Below are positions 23,459 through 36,500 of a stretch of 64,000 nt of DNA, in pieces. The notes under the pieces were generated by a model. The model saw only the letters and a program-made list of their open reading frames with translations, was not told the DNA's origin and made no database searches. Origin of the DNA: Acanthaster planci. Its lineage: Eukaryota. The position numbers and the translations under genes were made by a program. Within the stretch, counting starts at the first letter, position 1. The number at the start of each line of letters is the position of its first letter. The stretch covers positions 3,392,934 through 3,456,933 of the forward strand of contig NW_019091356.1 in NCBI RefSeq assembly GCF_001949145.1. The letters are read 5' to 3'.

Positions 23459-25763
23459 TGCTGTTTCTTCTATTCTGTTTCCCCAAAAATTGTTGGCGAA
23501 TTTATTATTCCACATTTCCCACAAAAAATGGAAAAGATTGTTGTGTTCTGCCACCACATTTTTTCATTGGTTACAATCTCGATGAAGCCGGGTTGGTCAT
23601 TGCTAAAAAGTGATGGAAGGACACGAATCTACGACTAGAAATGTTCAAGTTTTCGAATCTTAGAAAATACAAATACACATGTACTTTGAAAATGCAGTGA
23701 GCTCTCCACCATATGAGTCAGGATGTTGCACATGTAGGCTAATTAACTGACCACCTTGCGGACTTTCCAATTTCCACCATGTCCGTCGTGTCCGTAGGGC
23801 TGATACATCTAGGTATAGGGCCTTCCTCGTTTTCCACCTGCAGCTTATCATAGGCCTAATTGGTCTTAAATTATTTCTGATAACACTTGAACAATGTCCA
23901 ACGATTCCTTAAATTTTAAGTCAAAAGTATCCCAGGCACTAGCTTGCAAGCCTTAAGAGACCTGTCTGTGGAGAAGAGACAATAGATCATGTATGCAGTT
24001 TGTGTGAATGTAACTGTTACTCCCTGACTATAGCATCAGTCCCAACTATAGTTGGGCCCATTCCAACTATACTGTAGTTTGATGGCTGTTCTAACATTTG
24101 AAGAGAGTATTAGTGTGGTATGGAACTCTTGCCCTATAGTTTTCAAGTTCTAGTTCAGATGAGACTGCAACAGACAGGATTCCATCATGGACGCCATTTG
24201 ACACCCTTTGCAGAAGCCCTTTCAGACTGGCCTGAAAAAGAATTTTTTTTAAGTGAATACTTTAATATTTACACTGCTAGATAAGACTTCTTGAGGACAT
24301 GTTCTTGCTTTTAGATGCCTAGTAGGTCACCTCAGGGAAAAATGAGTGATGTTCGTGTGTGGAATTCTTTCCCAGTCAGATCTGCATCACGACCAGAAAA
24401 ATACAGCAAAGCTAACACAGGAAACTGCATAACAAGTTATTTCCCAATACACTTAACTTAAGAGACTTTTCTAGAAAGTTTCAACGTATGCAACCTATGT
24501 TTTTTGTCGTTTCGAAACTGTTTGGTTGATTGATAAATGGGGGGGGTACCTTGAATGGTTATGTGATCATTCTGTGTGGAAAATAAAAATGGCTGCTCAT
24601 GTATCCAGATGTAAAGTACGATTGGCACATGTCAAAAGGCTTCCCAGAATACACTGCAAGATTGTATAGTAGTTGCATCATATTTGGTCCACAGCAGCCT
24701 CATGAAAGAAATTTCTGGAATAGTTCCATACAGGTGTCTGTGCAAGTTGTGTACATTACAAATGAGGTCCTGAAAGCCAGATAATTGAAATGCGCTTGGA
24801 AGGACTGAGAATAAAAATGAATATGTAATATCATTCTTCCTTTTACCCAAATACCTGTACATGTATACAATGTATAGCAGGTCGGATGCCCCTCATGCAT
24901 GCAACGTGGAGCCCAAGGCTGAAGGCCGAATGCAGAAGTGCTATATTTAGGACAAACGTACATGTACATTGTATATATATATGTAAAAGGTGAGGCTTTG
25001 TCTCGCTTGTAGGATGTGAGACAAGGAAATTCACCGAGTTTAATGGAGTGTGTTGGGTAATAGGCAGTTCCTGTGGCCTATGATACGTTTATGAAGAATT
25101 AATATTGATGAAATATCGACACCCCCCCCCCACTTCACCAACATGTATAAGCAGGGGAGGTTCATTCAACCCTTCTGAACCCCGCTGCTTTGTCTAAAAG
25201 GTCACAGTACAACCCCCTCCTCAATGCAAGTTCATGACGTCCTTATGCAAGGCAGGATTTTTCAATAGCAACATCTGTTTTGCGTGCGAAAATGACAGAT
25301 ATAGGCAAAAGTTCACTGGGGCAAGGTTTTTCACCATTTGTCATCCTGCAAACAAACTGCATTTTAAACTTGCTTCCAAAAGTGTTCTGCTCCAGTGCAC
25401 GGGTATAGACCTGGCTGTCTTTAGATAAAATTTGGGTCATAGAACGAGTGTCCTTGGGCCAACTTGCTGGCTAATCTCTCCGTGTACCAACTCTAGACGA
25501 GCCTACAATTCCTCTGGGCAAGTTTGCATTTGACGGCATTTGAGGGGCAAGGATTGTACTGAATGACATAATGGCAGTAAATGCAATGAAGGGGACCGGT
25601 CATTTTCAGAAGTGTTTTCCCTGCATGTATCACTTTCTTCAAGTAGTTCATTTATAATGCTTATGATTGAGTTAGCATGTACATGCAGGCTGTTGTTTGC
25701 ATGAAATGGTCAAGGCGTTCCTTTTGCAGTCAAAAATATGTACACTGTGGTTGAAACAAAATA

Positions 25764-25988
25764 TTGACATTAAAATGGACATGGCTTTTGAGGTCAATCC
25801 AGTTATCACTGTGAACATCTAACAAAAGAAACGCGGTGTAACAACAACGGAAGCTCATTTTGACATTAGAATGGACACGGCTTTTGAGGTCAATGCAGTT
25901 ATCACTGTGAACATCTAACAAAAGAAACGCGGTGTAACAACAACGGAAGCTCATGGTCAGTGCACATGTTTCTTTTGTTAGATGTTCA
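25764..25988. repeat. 96-bp tandem duplication plus 20-nt inverted copy
   Basis: Unit TTGACATTA...AAGCTCAT starts at 25764 and again at 25860. 25969-25988 is the reverse complement of 25908-25927. Confidence 0.9.
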
Positions 25989-27448
25989 TAGTGTCCCTGC
26001 TGGTTCAGACTGCAAGAAAAAAAAAAGCTCAACAGATCCATAGCAAAAATGTACCGGCGTCAGGGACGGAACTACTGTGAATGAGACGGACAGATGGTAT
26101 TTTCTGACCGCTGTTATTGCTCAATCTACCGGTAGTTATGACACTCAGCACAGTCTTTTTTTACAGTTGTTGTATTTTTTCATACAGTACTGACTGGAGA
26201 GACTTTATTTATGTACTTGATTTAGTTCTTGAAATGATATTTAATGGTAGGGCCTACTCAAATGACTCTCAGTACCAGTGTTCTGTTCATGTGTGTCAGT
26301 GAATGCACAGGCATTGAGTGGAATTATGTACATAAATGTGTGACGTATTTTTGAGTTTTGACTGAATGTGCACAACTTCAATTTTTGTCCCCAAGTAGAG
26401 ATGTGTGCTGTACGCCAGTATGCATGTACACATGTGCATGTGTTTGTATAGGTTCCATCTTTGTTGTTGCCTGTCCACGCAGCCCTATATCTGTTTGACC
26501 TTGTCAATACAAAACTGCCTCCTCTCAGCTAGTCTGAATCCTGATCCCTTATTGCATGGAGCTTTAGAGTAGAGACTGTAAATTCTGGCTGGAGGTCTTT
26601 TGTTGACACTGAGCAGTCTTTTGTTGATATAGTGAATATCTGCATGAAAGCTGCCAATGAAGGCACTTGTAACGAGTCAAACAGGTATTTTTGTCCTCTT
26701 TTATTTCTATTCTGTCTCATCTTTTGTCCAGAAGACAGGCTAAAACAAATTTGTACACTGCAGTTTATGGTCAGCCGAAATTTACAACCCCCCCATGGTG
26801 TAAAACCTTTTTTTTAGTTGGTGAACATACATGTACTGGTAAGTCTCCACATTTCCTTCCTAAATGCTGCTTGAGGGTGGAAATATGATCCCATAGGGCA
26901 CCAAGGGGTGTCAGTTTCAAAAACTTTCCTGGGTCAGACAGTTTTTAAGGTTGGCCAGGAAGGGACAGCCAGGCACTACAATCCTAGATGAAACCCTGCT
27001 GTCCCTCAATAAGTAAATTTTTGGTCGGGTTTAAACCCTTAGATAAACATGTAGGTTTTATCGCTGTGATCTTATGGCACCACTCCCTTCAGGTGTTACT
27101 TATATTAGTTTGCACTGTTTTTGATTGCATATTCATAAATTCCTCAGACAGTCTCCCTATTCAAAAACGTGAAACTTGACCGTGTATTAACATTTAATAA
27201 TACTCAGTGCGTAAATCATGCACAGGCGCCTTGATAAGAGACAGTTTAATCTATTCTGGTTGGTCAAAGAGTCTGTGTGCACGCTGCTTGCCATGCCCAT
27301 GAAAAGTCCATATAAGGAAATTCTTTTGGACAACCATAATATAAAATGGACAGGGGTGTTCCGGAAATTGAAAGTAAAATTTTAAAACCACATCATTGGA
27401 AATTCGTCACATATTGGCTTCTTTGGCCTCTGTGACTAAAAAGGTATT

Positions 27449-27752
27449 TATGAGTGGGAATAAATACTAGTACGTGATTGGCCAGTCTTGGGCCGTGTCC
27501 GAAACGGGCTTTCAGAGCTACGGCTAGGTCTATTGTCTATGAGTCTCCACGCATTTCCAATGGAGCGAAGACCTAGACCTAGCTCAAGACAACAGATTCG
27601 GATGCAGCCTTAAACTAACGTTTAAGAGCGGCTAAGGAGGCTGAACACTGACAATGCCCTCGGCTGTGGCTTGGGCATTAGTCGCGTCCATTCCCCTCAG
27701 CCAGTCTTAAACGCACATCTAAGACTGACCAAGCACATATTTATTCCCTCAT
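27449..27752. mobile_element. Palindromic MITE-like element with a nested Harbinger-type MITE (about 27492-27609)
   Basis: The ends ATGAG(T)GGGAATAAATA...TTGGCCAGTCTT and AAGACTGACCAA...TATTTATTCCCTCAT are inverted. The inner element is bounded by GGCCGTGTCCGAA and TTCGGATGCAGCC. Confidence 0.55.
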
Positions 27753-29299
27753 TTGACGGCAGTGAAGTAAATAAATTGTATTTACAACCCCGTCAGTATC
27801 TTATGTCACAGTATGCCCTGCTGCAGCTGCTAAAACAGTAATCCCCTTGCACTTTCAGCTGATTCAGAGAAAGATTGTAAATTACTGATACAAGTGATTT
27901 AGGTTTGCAGAAGCCTTGTAATATTGAACCCTCCAGGATTCCACAGACTTGTGAACGGAACGATACGTGATATTGATAAGGAAGGGGTCTCTTTCAACAC
28001 GTGCCTCAGCCTCTCTCATCCGGGGATTTTATTTCTCATCTCTTTGTTCACTCCCGTGATTAATATTCTCATGGATGGTGCGGTGCACAGTTTGAGCCTG
28101 GAATCAAGGACGATCACTGGCATAGACTGGCTCACTGCAAAGCTTGAGTTGACACAACTTTCAGTCTAGGCTTAAATTGCCAAAATATACAGCCTCATAA
28201 GCTACAGTAACCCTGAGCTACAGTGTTCATGTACATATCTGGGCACTGTTATTAAACTGCAAAGCCTTTGACATATACTGTACACATGTGTGCACACTTT
28301 GCATGCAGCAACGTCCTCCATCCTTTACAACACGGGTTGGATTATTGCATTGTGGTACTGTGTTTGCACAGTACATGGGCTACTCTGTTGGTAAATTCCT
28401 TGAGGGGAGAGAGTGGTGCAAGAATGAACAATATGGAGACAATCATGAGGTTGATCTGTTTGCACTTTACTGCCGTTAACTTAGTCTTGGCCCAAGACAC
28501 CAGTAATCCATAGCTGAGTTGACATTTGTTTGCCCAGTTTTTTTTTTAATTACATTAGCTTCATGTGGTTTGAGATTTTTAACCGTCTCTATGTATCCTA
28601 TTTTTGAGTTGTGTACATGTGCATTTTATGAATATTGGAAAATGTTTTCACCCGGTGGCTTAAGTTGAAAATGCTTTCCGCTGTGTCCCTTTTTTCTTGA
28701 ATATCAAAATGGTACAGCATTTTTGTTATAAATGCTGGGCTTGTTGTGGATGATTTATATTTAAAAAAAAAAAGAACTTGTCATTTTGGAGAGATCTTTT
28801 ACCGCAGTGATTTCACCTCATCGGAAAAAATTGTCCCCTGCAAATGTCTCCTGTCTCCTGTAAATCTGCATGAGCAGGATTGTGGTCATGCTATACTGCC
28901 CATCCTGTCAGTACATGTATAAGTGGTGTGCATACAACTTACAAGGACGAGTGCATGCATCGGTTAATTATTGACCCCAATCAATGGAACCTTCCCGTTG
29001 TTTTCCATTGTTAAGGGATCGACTGGGACGTAGAGGTTTTTTTTCTTTTTTTGCTGTGTCGGTTCTGTTATCATTGCACTGTCCGTGGAGGCTCTTGCAA
29101 GAATAGAGCAGAGGCAAGTTGGTGAAGAAATCTTGATGTTATTTCACACTTGACTGATTTTTAAAAAAAAGAAGAAATCATCTGTGTATAGCAGCGTGCA
29201 AGTCAGTGCCAGGTTGTGCCAATAACAGGTAGAATCTGACTGTTGTTTTTATTTCATTTATTGATAATTTTGAGGGGGAGACTTTTTGTTCATTGCTGA

Positions 29300-29770
29300 A
29301 GAGAATCATAAGTGATTATAAAGATGAACAAAGAAATTGACTGGAGAAATAAGAAAAGTAAGATTTGAAGCTTTGCATGGTGGAAGAGACATGAGAAATA
29401 GGTTTGCGGTTACACCATGGAATCAATCTCTTTTGGGCGAGGTGTGGTTCTTAAAAGAACCGGTGAGTGTTAACTCGACGTTTTGGCCAGTGTGCTCTGG
29501 CCTTCCTCGGGAAAGTGTGCTGGACTGGAGTGGGCTGTAGTGCTAGTAGTGGACGCCAGATGTCGCTGAGCTTGAAACCGATGTCTTGGGGTATGGTGGT
29601 GTGCCAGAAAATCTCTATGGCTTCTCGAATTGTTCTTGGGGAGCCAGTTCTGGATGGTGGCGATGAGTTCTGCTTTGTCCCATTCGATGCAGTGGAGTAG
29701 GCATGTCTGATGATGGCTGACTTGTCGTATTCTCCTCGTCAGCCATGCGAGCGGTGCTCTTTGAGTCTGG
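29300..29770 (-). mobile_element. Penelope-like retroelement fragment (decayed GIY-YIG endonuclease C-terminus and 3' region)
   Basis: The minus strand, with a stop and frameshifts, reads RLKEHRSHG*RGEYDKSAIIRH / HCIEWDKAELIA / RTIREAIEIFWH...QDIGFKLSDIWRPLL. A hammerhead-like motif lies at 29474-29513. The left boundary is approximate. Confidence 0.75.
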
Positions 29771-29780
29771 TGGGGAAATT

Positions 29781-29854
29781 TACTGGAGCGGGATTAGAAC
29801 CTGCGACCTCCGGAACACCGTACTGGTTGCTCTACCAACTGAGCTATCCAGCCC
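29781..29854 (-). mobile_element. tRNA-derived SINE head
   Basis: GGGCTGGATAGCTCAGTTGGTAGAGC...GGAGGTCGCAGGTTCTAATCCCGCTCCAGTA has a pol III A box and a near-consensus B box, but the anticodon stem is broken. Confidence 0.7.
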
Positions 29855-30581
29855 TATATTGGTGTCGCTCTGCTCCAGTCAATTTCTTTATTCATTTTTA
29901 GAATCATTTATAAGCATCTAGTCAGTTTCCTATATGCATTTAATTTGTTTCATGAGAATCATAATTCTTAAATAATAGTAAATACATGTATACATCAATA
30001 CTCAACTTGTTGGAGTCACCCAAGGCTTCAAATGGCAAACATGTATCGGGTTCAGGTTTTGGTTAATTTTTCTGGTTACTATAAATAAATTGAATAAACG
30101 TAGGGCAGAAAAACATAGTGGAACTTAGTGATAACATTGCGGGGAGGTCAGACAGGAAGCCATGCAGGCTTGTGCTGGGTCTGTCCCGTCACAAGGACAA
30201 GGACATATGTGACCCGGTACGTCGCAATCAGAAATAAATTGCTGAGGCCGTTTTACGTAATGGCCGAGTAAAGTGGGGAAGTGGGTAAATGTTGAAATAA
30301 TTGATGTGGCGGTTTCTGTGTATTTTGAAAGTGTATGTATGAAAGGTTACCATCAACACACTTGTAATGTGTACCATTTGAAGGCTTATGTAATTCTTTT
30401 TCTGACCATGTACCCATCTCAAAAAGTACATTTGTGACTTATTCCTGATTTCAATGTACCACGTCACATATAGTTTATACGATCTGTGATTGATATCACT
30501 TACACGTATTTCCACAGAAATCTGAAAGAGCTTCCCTAGAACTACATAATCATTGGACGTCATCTGCCTTGAGATTTGACG

Positions 30582-33500
30582 ATGGCTATCGATGATGAAG
30601 ACCCCACCCCAAATGGTGCCATCAATGGCCACGGTGAAGATGAAAAGGGCTTTATAGAAATGCAGGATAAAGGTATTTTTTTAAGGTACTTTGTTAAGGT
30701 TACAATAATTTTATTTTTTCGAGGTGTAAATTGCAATGGACGTGTTTTTGCAATGTTTTTATTATGTGTGTATTGTAATGGTCATTGGTTAGGTTTTGAC
30801 GGTTATCTTTTTATGTGTAAACTGTAATGGTGATTGTTGTCAAATATTTCTATGATTTGGTATTAATTTATTATTATCATTAAATCCTGTAAGACAGTTT
30901 TTAACTGCAAAAATGGATAAAAATTAACCAATATAATAATAATAATAAATTTTGTTTAGAAATCTCCATTTGACATCAGATAACTATGTATATATATTCT
31001 TGGCCATATTCTGTCTTTTTTGGGCAGTAACTTACCTAGCTGTGATATCCATTACATTATCCATTACATCCCCTTCGTGATTGTGGAATGACCTTATCTG
31101 TTGTTACGTTTGGTGGCCAGGCCTTCCTCAGCCAGAATATGGCGGAGTGCCCACAGCCGGTGACCAGAATGAAAATGAGGTCGATGATGCCGATGTTGCT
31201 AAGGAGATAGAAATTAAGATGAAGGATGCGGAAGACGGAGACGGAGAGACTGAGGGAAAGGAGGAGGAGGAGGTTGAAGTGAAGACCAGACAAGTCAGTA
31301 CGCTTCAGCTGGTGAGTGGCAAAGCTCGGTCTAGCCCCCTGTAGCATTTCATGTAACCGGCTGCAGACGGCGCCGCAGTTAAACAGAAGCATATAGACGG
31401 AGTTGTGACACGAAGTCATGTATGGCATAGTGTGCGATGCCATTTTGTGGCCAAAATGATTGGGTCTTGTGCATTGTATTGTAGTAAAAACTAATTGAAT
31501 TGGAAAAATGGCCGGGGTGCATTTACATTGCTTATTGCTCTGCTAATAATTAATGTACACATACCGTTGAAAGTAAAATGGCTTCTAATCTGAAGTTGTC
31601 ACAACTGTCTTTGTGAACAGCTCTGTTACCTCCCTTTAAAACGTCGGGAACATTGCAAATTCCCCAGCTTTTCTTGATATTCTCTGCTGTTTTTCTTTAT
31701 TTTACTTGAGTAATCCGCCCCCCCTCCATTTTTTTGTAGTTCCGATTTGCTGGTCCCTTTGAGGTCTTTCTCATCATCCTCGCCACCATCTTGGCTTTTA
31801 GCCAAGGCATATCGCTCCCCATGGTGCTATTCTTCTTTGGTCGGGTGACGGACGCGTTCATTGATTTTGGCCGAGAGTACATGAACTTGAACGACACTGA
31901 ACAAATGGAGTGAGTTATGTCGTGTTTTCTTTTCTTATGCAGTATTCCTCATTTGAAATTACTCTGTTTGGCTTAAATAGATCTAGTTTCACTCCCTCAG
32001 ACAGGAAAGGGGGGGGTTTAATGAAAGGAAAGGGGTGATTGCGCCGTTACATCATTGGAGCTGTTTTTGCACTAACCCCAAACTCCAAATGGCACTATGT
32101 ACATATAGCTGTAGCACTAGACTGGATTATATACACACCTCCCAGTTATATTTGCCACTAGACTGGATTATGTACACACCTCCCAGTTATATTTGCCACT
32201 AGACTGGATTATATACACACCTCCTGGTTATATTTGTCACTAGACTGGATTATATACACACCTCCCAGTTATATTTGCCACTAGACTGGATTATATACAC
32301 ACCTCCCGGTTATATTTGCCACTAGACTGGATTATATACACACCCCCCCGTTATATTTGCCACTAGACTGGATTCTGTATAGCCCCTTATAATATTTGGC
32401 ACTAGACTAGATTATATACACCTCCCAATATTTGGCACTAGACTGGATTCTGTACACCTCCCAGTTATATTTGGCACTAGACTGGATTCCATACACCTAT
32501 CAGTGTGGACAGGTTGCTGTTACTGCTCAAAAAAGGTTGATACCATATACTGCAGTTGCCGGGTGGTCATTTCCCTGACACGCATTTTCCCACTTTTGTC
32601 TGTTGAATATCCGAGTACCGAGGAGCAGCACGAGCCAGGTCGGCAAAGTCCCATCATAAAGTCAACTGTTCCTCCCGTGCAACTTTTGCAAGCACTGCTT
32701 GTAGCACAGGGGTCGACAAAAGACAAAACCCCAATATGTTAAATCATTCTTCCCTCCTCTTGCTCCCCTCCCCCCGCCATGGTAGCTGCCCGCCTATCAG
32801 CGTCGACATCATCATCGACTTCTCTGGCTACTATGCCATCTTAGGCGGCATCATCATGGTCGTAGCCTACCTGAACAACATGCTGTGGAACATGGCGGCA
32901 GAGCGTCAGATCCACCAGATCCGTCTCCGGTTCTACCGGGCCATCGTCCGTCAGGAGATCGCCTGGTTTGACACCCACAAAGCGGGCGAGCTCACCAACC
33001 GGTTGGCAGAGTACGTCTTACTGCAACAATTAAACAGTTTTCAAAAAATGTGCTGTTCCTCCTTCGTTGAATTTTTTTACAATGACAATTTTGAGAGAGA
33101 TTTCACATTTCTCGAAGCTTTCCTCAGGAGACATTCAACACTGCACAATATTGGAAACTGCAAATTCAATTTTGTCTTAAATGGCACAAACTGAACTGGT
33201 TTTCTTATTAACGCTGAATGTGAAGGGAGTTTTGACAGAAATGTTGAGACCAACAGCTTCTAAAGAAATCGACTGCTGAAGAACAGGGAGTTGGAGGTGC
33301 TCTTTTAAAAACTCAGTCTTTGGCTCTCCAACTCACTGGAGCCAGTCAAACTATTAAAACATGTTGGGTACCTTAGTATTTACATCAAAAATCAGAAGTC
33401 CACATCTCGTTTTGGATCTAAAACCTTTTGTCAGGTGAGCTGTCATGTGAGCAAATATTTTTTGGATGCTCGTCTCGTTTCCCCAGAGACATAGACAAAA

Positions 33501-36500
33501 TCCGGAAGGGGTTTGGAGACAACCTGGGCCTTCTCCTGCAGTACTTGGGTACCTGCATCGGAGGCATCGCCCTAGGGTTCACCAAATCCTGGAAGCTGAC
33601 CCTCGTTATTCTGGCCGTCGCCATAATCATCATGGTGCCTTCCATCACTCTGGGTGTCAGAGTATGTAGATGGTCTTTTTTCTTGTTTTCCTCTATTGCT
33701 CTGAATCCGTCAATTTCAGTATAAGTTTTCACATCTTCACTGTTATAGTTTTTGCCTGAGAATGTCTCTCGGGGTACGCATTCTCTAAAACATCCCTAAA
33801 AACTCCCAACCTGTCTCATGCAGTTTGCAGTAAAAAAAGGAGGGTAGTTACATCAAAAACTTTAGGCTTGCCAGATTTAACATTAGAAACCAGTTTAAAG
33901 CCAGGAGAAAATAGCCCTTTCATTGGCCCTGCTTTGGTTTGCCGTGTCAGTATACTTTTTCATGTAAGCACAAGAAACGGGTATGCACTTTCTTTTTTCA
34001 AAAGAGTTAAGTTCTTTGTTTTTCTTAAGTAGATAGTTGTTTGTAGATTGGAATCTCCAGTCGTTTTGTTCTCCAGTTTATGTCTGGACATGGAATATTT
34101 CTAACAGTTCAGTGTTTACGATTTTTTTAAAATAAATTTTTTGCAGCTGATTCGAAAGATGGCCCAGAATGCTTTAAATACGTACGCCAAGGCGGGGGCC
34201 ATCGCTGAAGAGATACTTTCCTCCATCAGGACGGTGGCTGCATTTGGAGGAGAAAAAAAGAGTCTGGAAAGGTAAAAAGAAAAAAGTTGAACTACACGTT
34301 GAAAAGTAACAGAATAGCCTGGACAAGAATGGAAAACTGAGACAAATTGAAAAGTTGCAAGCTTCTGAAAGGGTTGAAGAACTTTGTCAAGAAATAAAAA
34401 TCTGTTAAAAATGTTTATTATTTTTTAAGAGAACCCACAGTCTCCGATCAGAACAAAAAAGTTTTGGAAATACTGGAAGAACCGTAAAGAAAAAGCAAAT
34501 TTTAAAGAATTCAGTCTCTGAAAGGACAAGAAATATCTTCCTGAGATCGGGAGGCTGTGACCTTATGAATTTAAAACAATTCAAAAAATGGTTCTTTCAG
34601 CAGTAATCGGAAACAGTTTGAAAAAGTAAACAAAGCTTAAGGTTTTGGAAAAACCAAATGATAGCAGTGAGTAAGCACCCATAATCTGAACTGAAAGAAA
34701 TACCTGAGTGCCCTGAAATTAATGGAGAAGGTAATCCATGATAGAATTGACATGGAACCAAGTGGGAAAAACAAAGAGAAAAAAAAAGAAACAAGAGCAT
34801 AAAAGTCACTGGATTAACAAGAGACAAAAAATTTGTCAGCCTCTGCTCCACTCTGTGCACTCAGTGAAAAATGACCGCTAAGTTCCTGGGGTATCAATCA
34901 GAGACCGTTTGACTTAACGAAATCGTGTCTGGACAAAATCATTTGCAGATACACAGAAAAACTCAACGGAGCCAAGAAGCAGTCTATTAAGAAGGACACA
35001 TTGCAGGCGGGCTTGGTTGGCGTCTTCTTCTTCAATTTCTATGCGACATACGCTCTAGCTTTCTGGTATGTCACCTCTACATGATATAATGTGTCCCTAA
35101 CCGTGTTTGATATCCACATGGAACCACTCTTGAAACCTTTTTCTGCTGAGTTCCAATAGAATGTCTTTACTTGTGACGATTTCCTTTCTGTAAATAATCA
35201 GTTATATTGAACTGTTTTCTGGACAGGTATGGATCAACGCTTTTCATCAACGAAGGACTTCCTGCCGGGGACATCATTGTGGTATGTGTGAAATAGACCT
35301 GCCAGCCTGAGAGATATCATTGCAGCGTGTGTGGAATAGACTCGTTTGCACGTGTCATTGAATATTGCCACTGACGCTTGGCGTTTGTTTCTCTTGTCTG
35401 TAGTGCTTCTTAGGGATTCTGTTTGGGGCCTTCTCACTGGGTCAGGGGACCCCCTACATCACCGACTTCATCACTGCCAGGGGTGCGGCGAGCACCATCT
35501 GGGAAATTATCGATCAGGTATGCCAAAAACCTTGAACCATTTTCCACTGGAGAAGAGAACAGAATGTTACCCAACCCTTAAATCCAACATGATGAACACA
35601 ATACAAACATGCTAAAGCCCCCCGCATGACAAAACTGTCAGATGTAGGAGAAAAACCACCAAAATCAAATAATTCTAAAAACATATCTCAAATTGTTCAA
35701 AGTTTCTTAAGGAAAAGTATATTCTCTCAATGCATTATACTTTCCATTATATATCAGCTATATATACAATCCTCCAGAGTATATTCCCCTTGACTATATC
35801 ACCCAGTTGGAGATATTACCATGTTAGGATGCCTGTTGATGCTCCTTCTTAAGGCTGTGTCGCCACACTATCGCCCTACTCTCATATGTTGCCCTGCATT
35901 ACTTCCCCTTTTGAATATTTTCCCTCTTGAAGGTACCGGATATTGACAATGCCTCTGATCTGGGTCTGAAACCAGACACACTGACTGGGGACATCACATT
36001 TAAGAATGTGCACTTCTGCTACCCCTCGAGACCGGACACTCGGGTAGGACTGCATTTCAAGTCGTTTTACTAAAGCTCTGTAATTGTTGTAACGCAGTAT
36101 TTTAATTTTGTGAAACTCTCTTGAATTCACAAAAACTCCAGTGAACTAAGGGCACATTTTTGAGACTAGTCTGTAAACGGCTGTAAACCTGTCCAAATCC
36201 TTTAATTACTTAGTGTGGGTTTCCATGGAGTCAAGGAGCATTGAGCATGGAAGTGAAAAGATGTCCGAGTGGTTAATTTTGTGTTGTTTTTCCGCCGGGG
36301 GCAGGTGCTGAATGGCTTGAACCTGGAGGTCAAACGGGGCCAAACAGTGGCCTTGGTAGGCAGCAGCGGGTGCGGCAAGAGCACCACTGTGCAACTCATC
36401 CAACGATTCTATGACCCGTTGTCTGGATGTGTAAGTCTTGTCTAAAAATCCATCATGCGCCCTCTCCCTCCCCCCAAAATTCCACGGTACCCTTCCTTGA

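Noticed and set aside
29781..29854. Functional tRNA gene
   Set aside because: The anticodon and acceptor stems are mispaired and it is embedded in a retroelement remnant, so it is better explained as a SINE head. The same applies to 38195-38253 and 54100-54165.
32115..32498. CRISPR-like array
   Set aside because: The units are contiguous near-identical tandem copies with no unique spacers, inside a eukaryotic intron with no cas genes. The same applies to 52975-53235.
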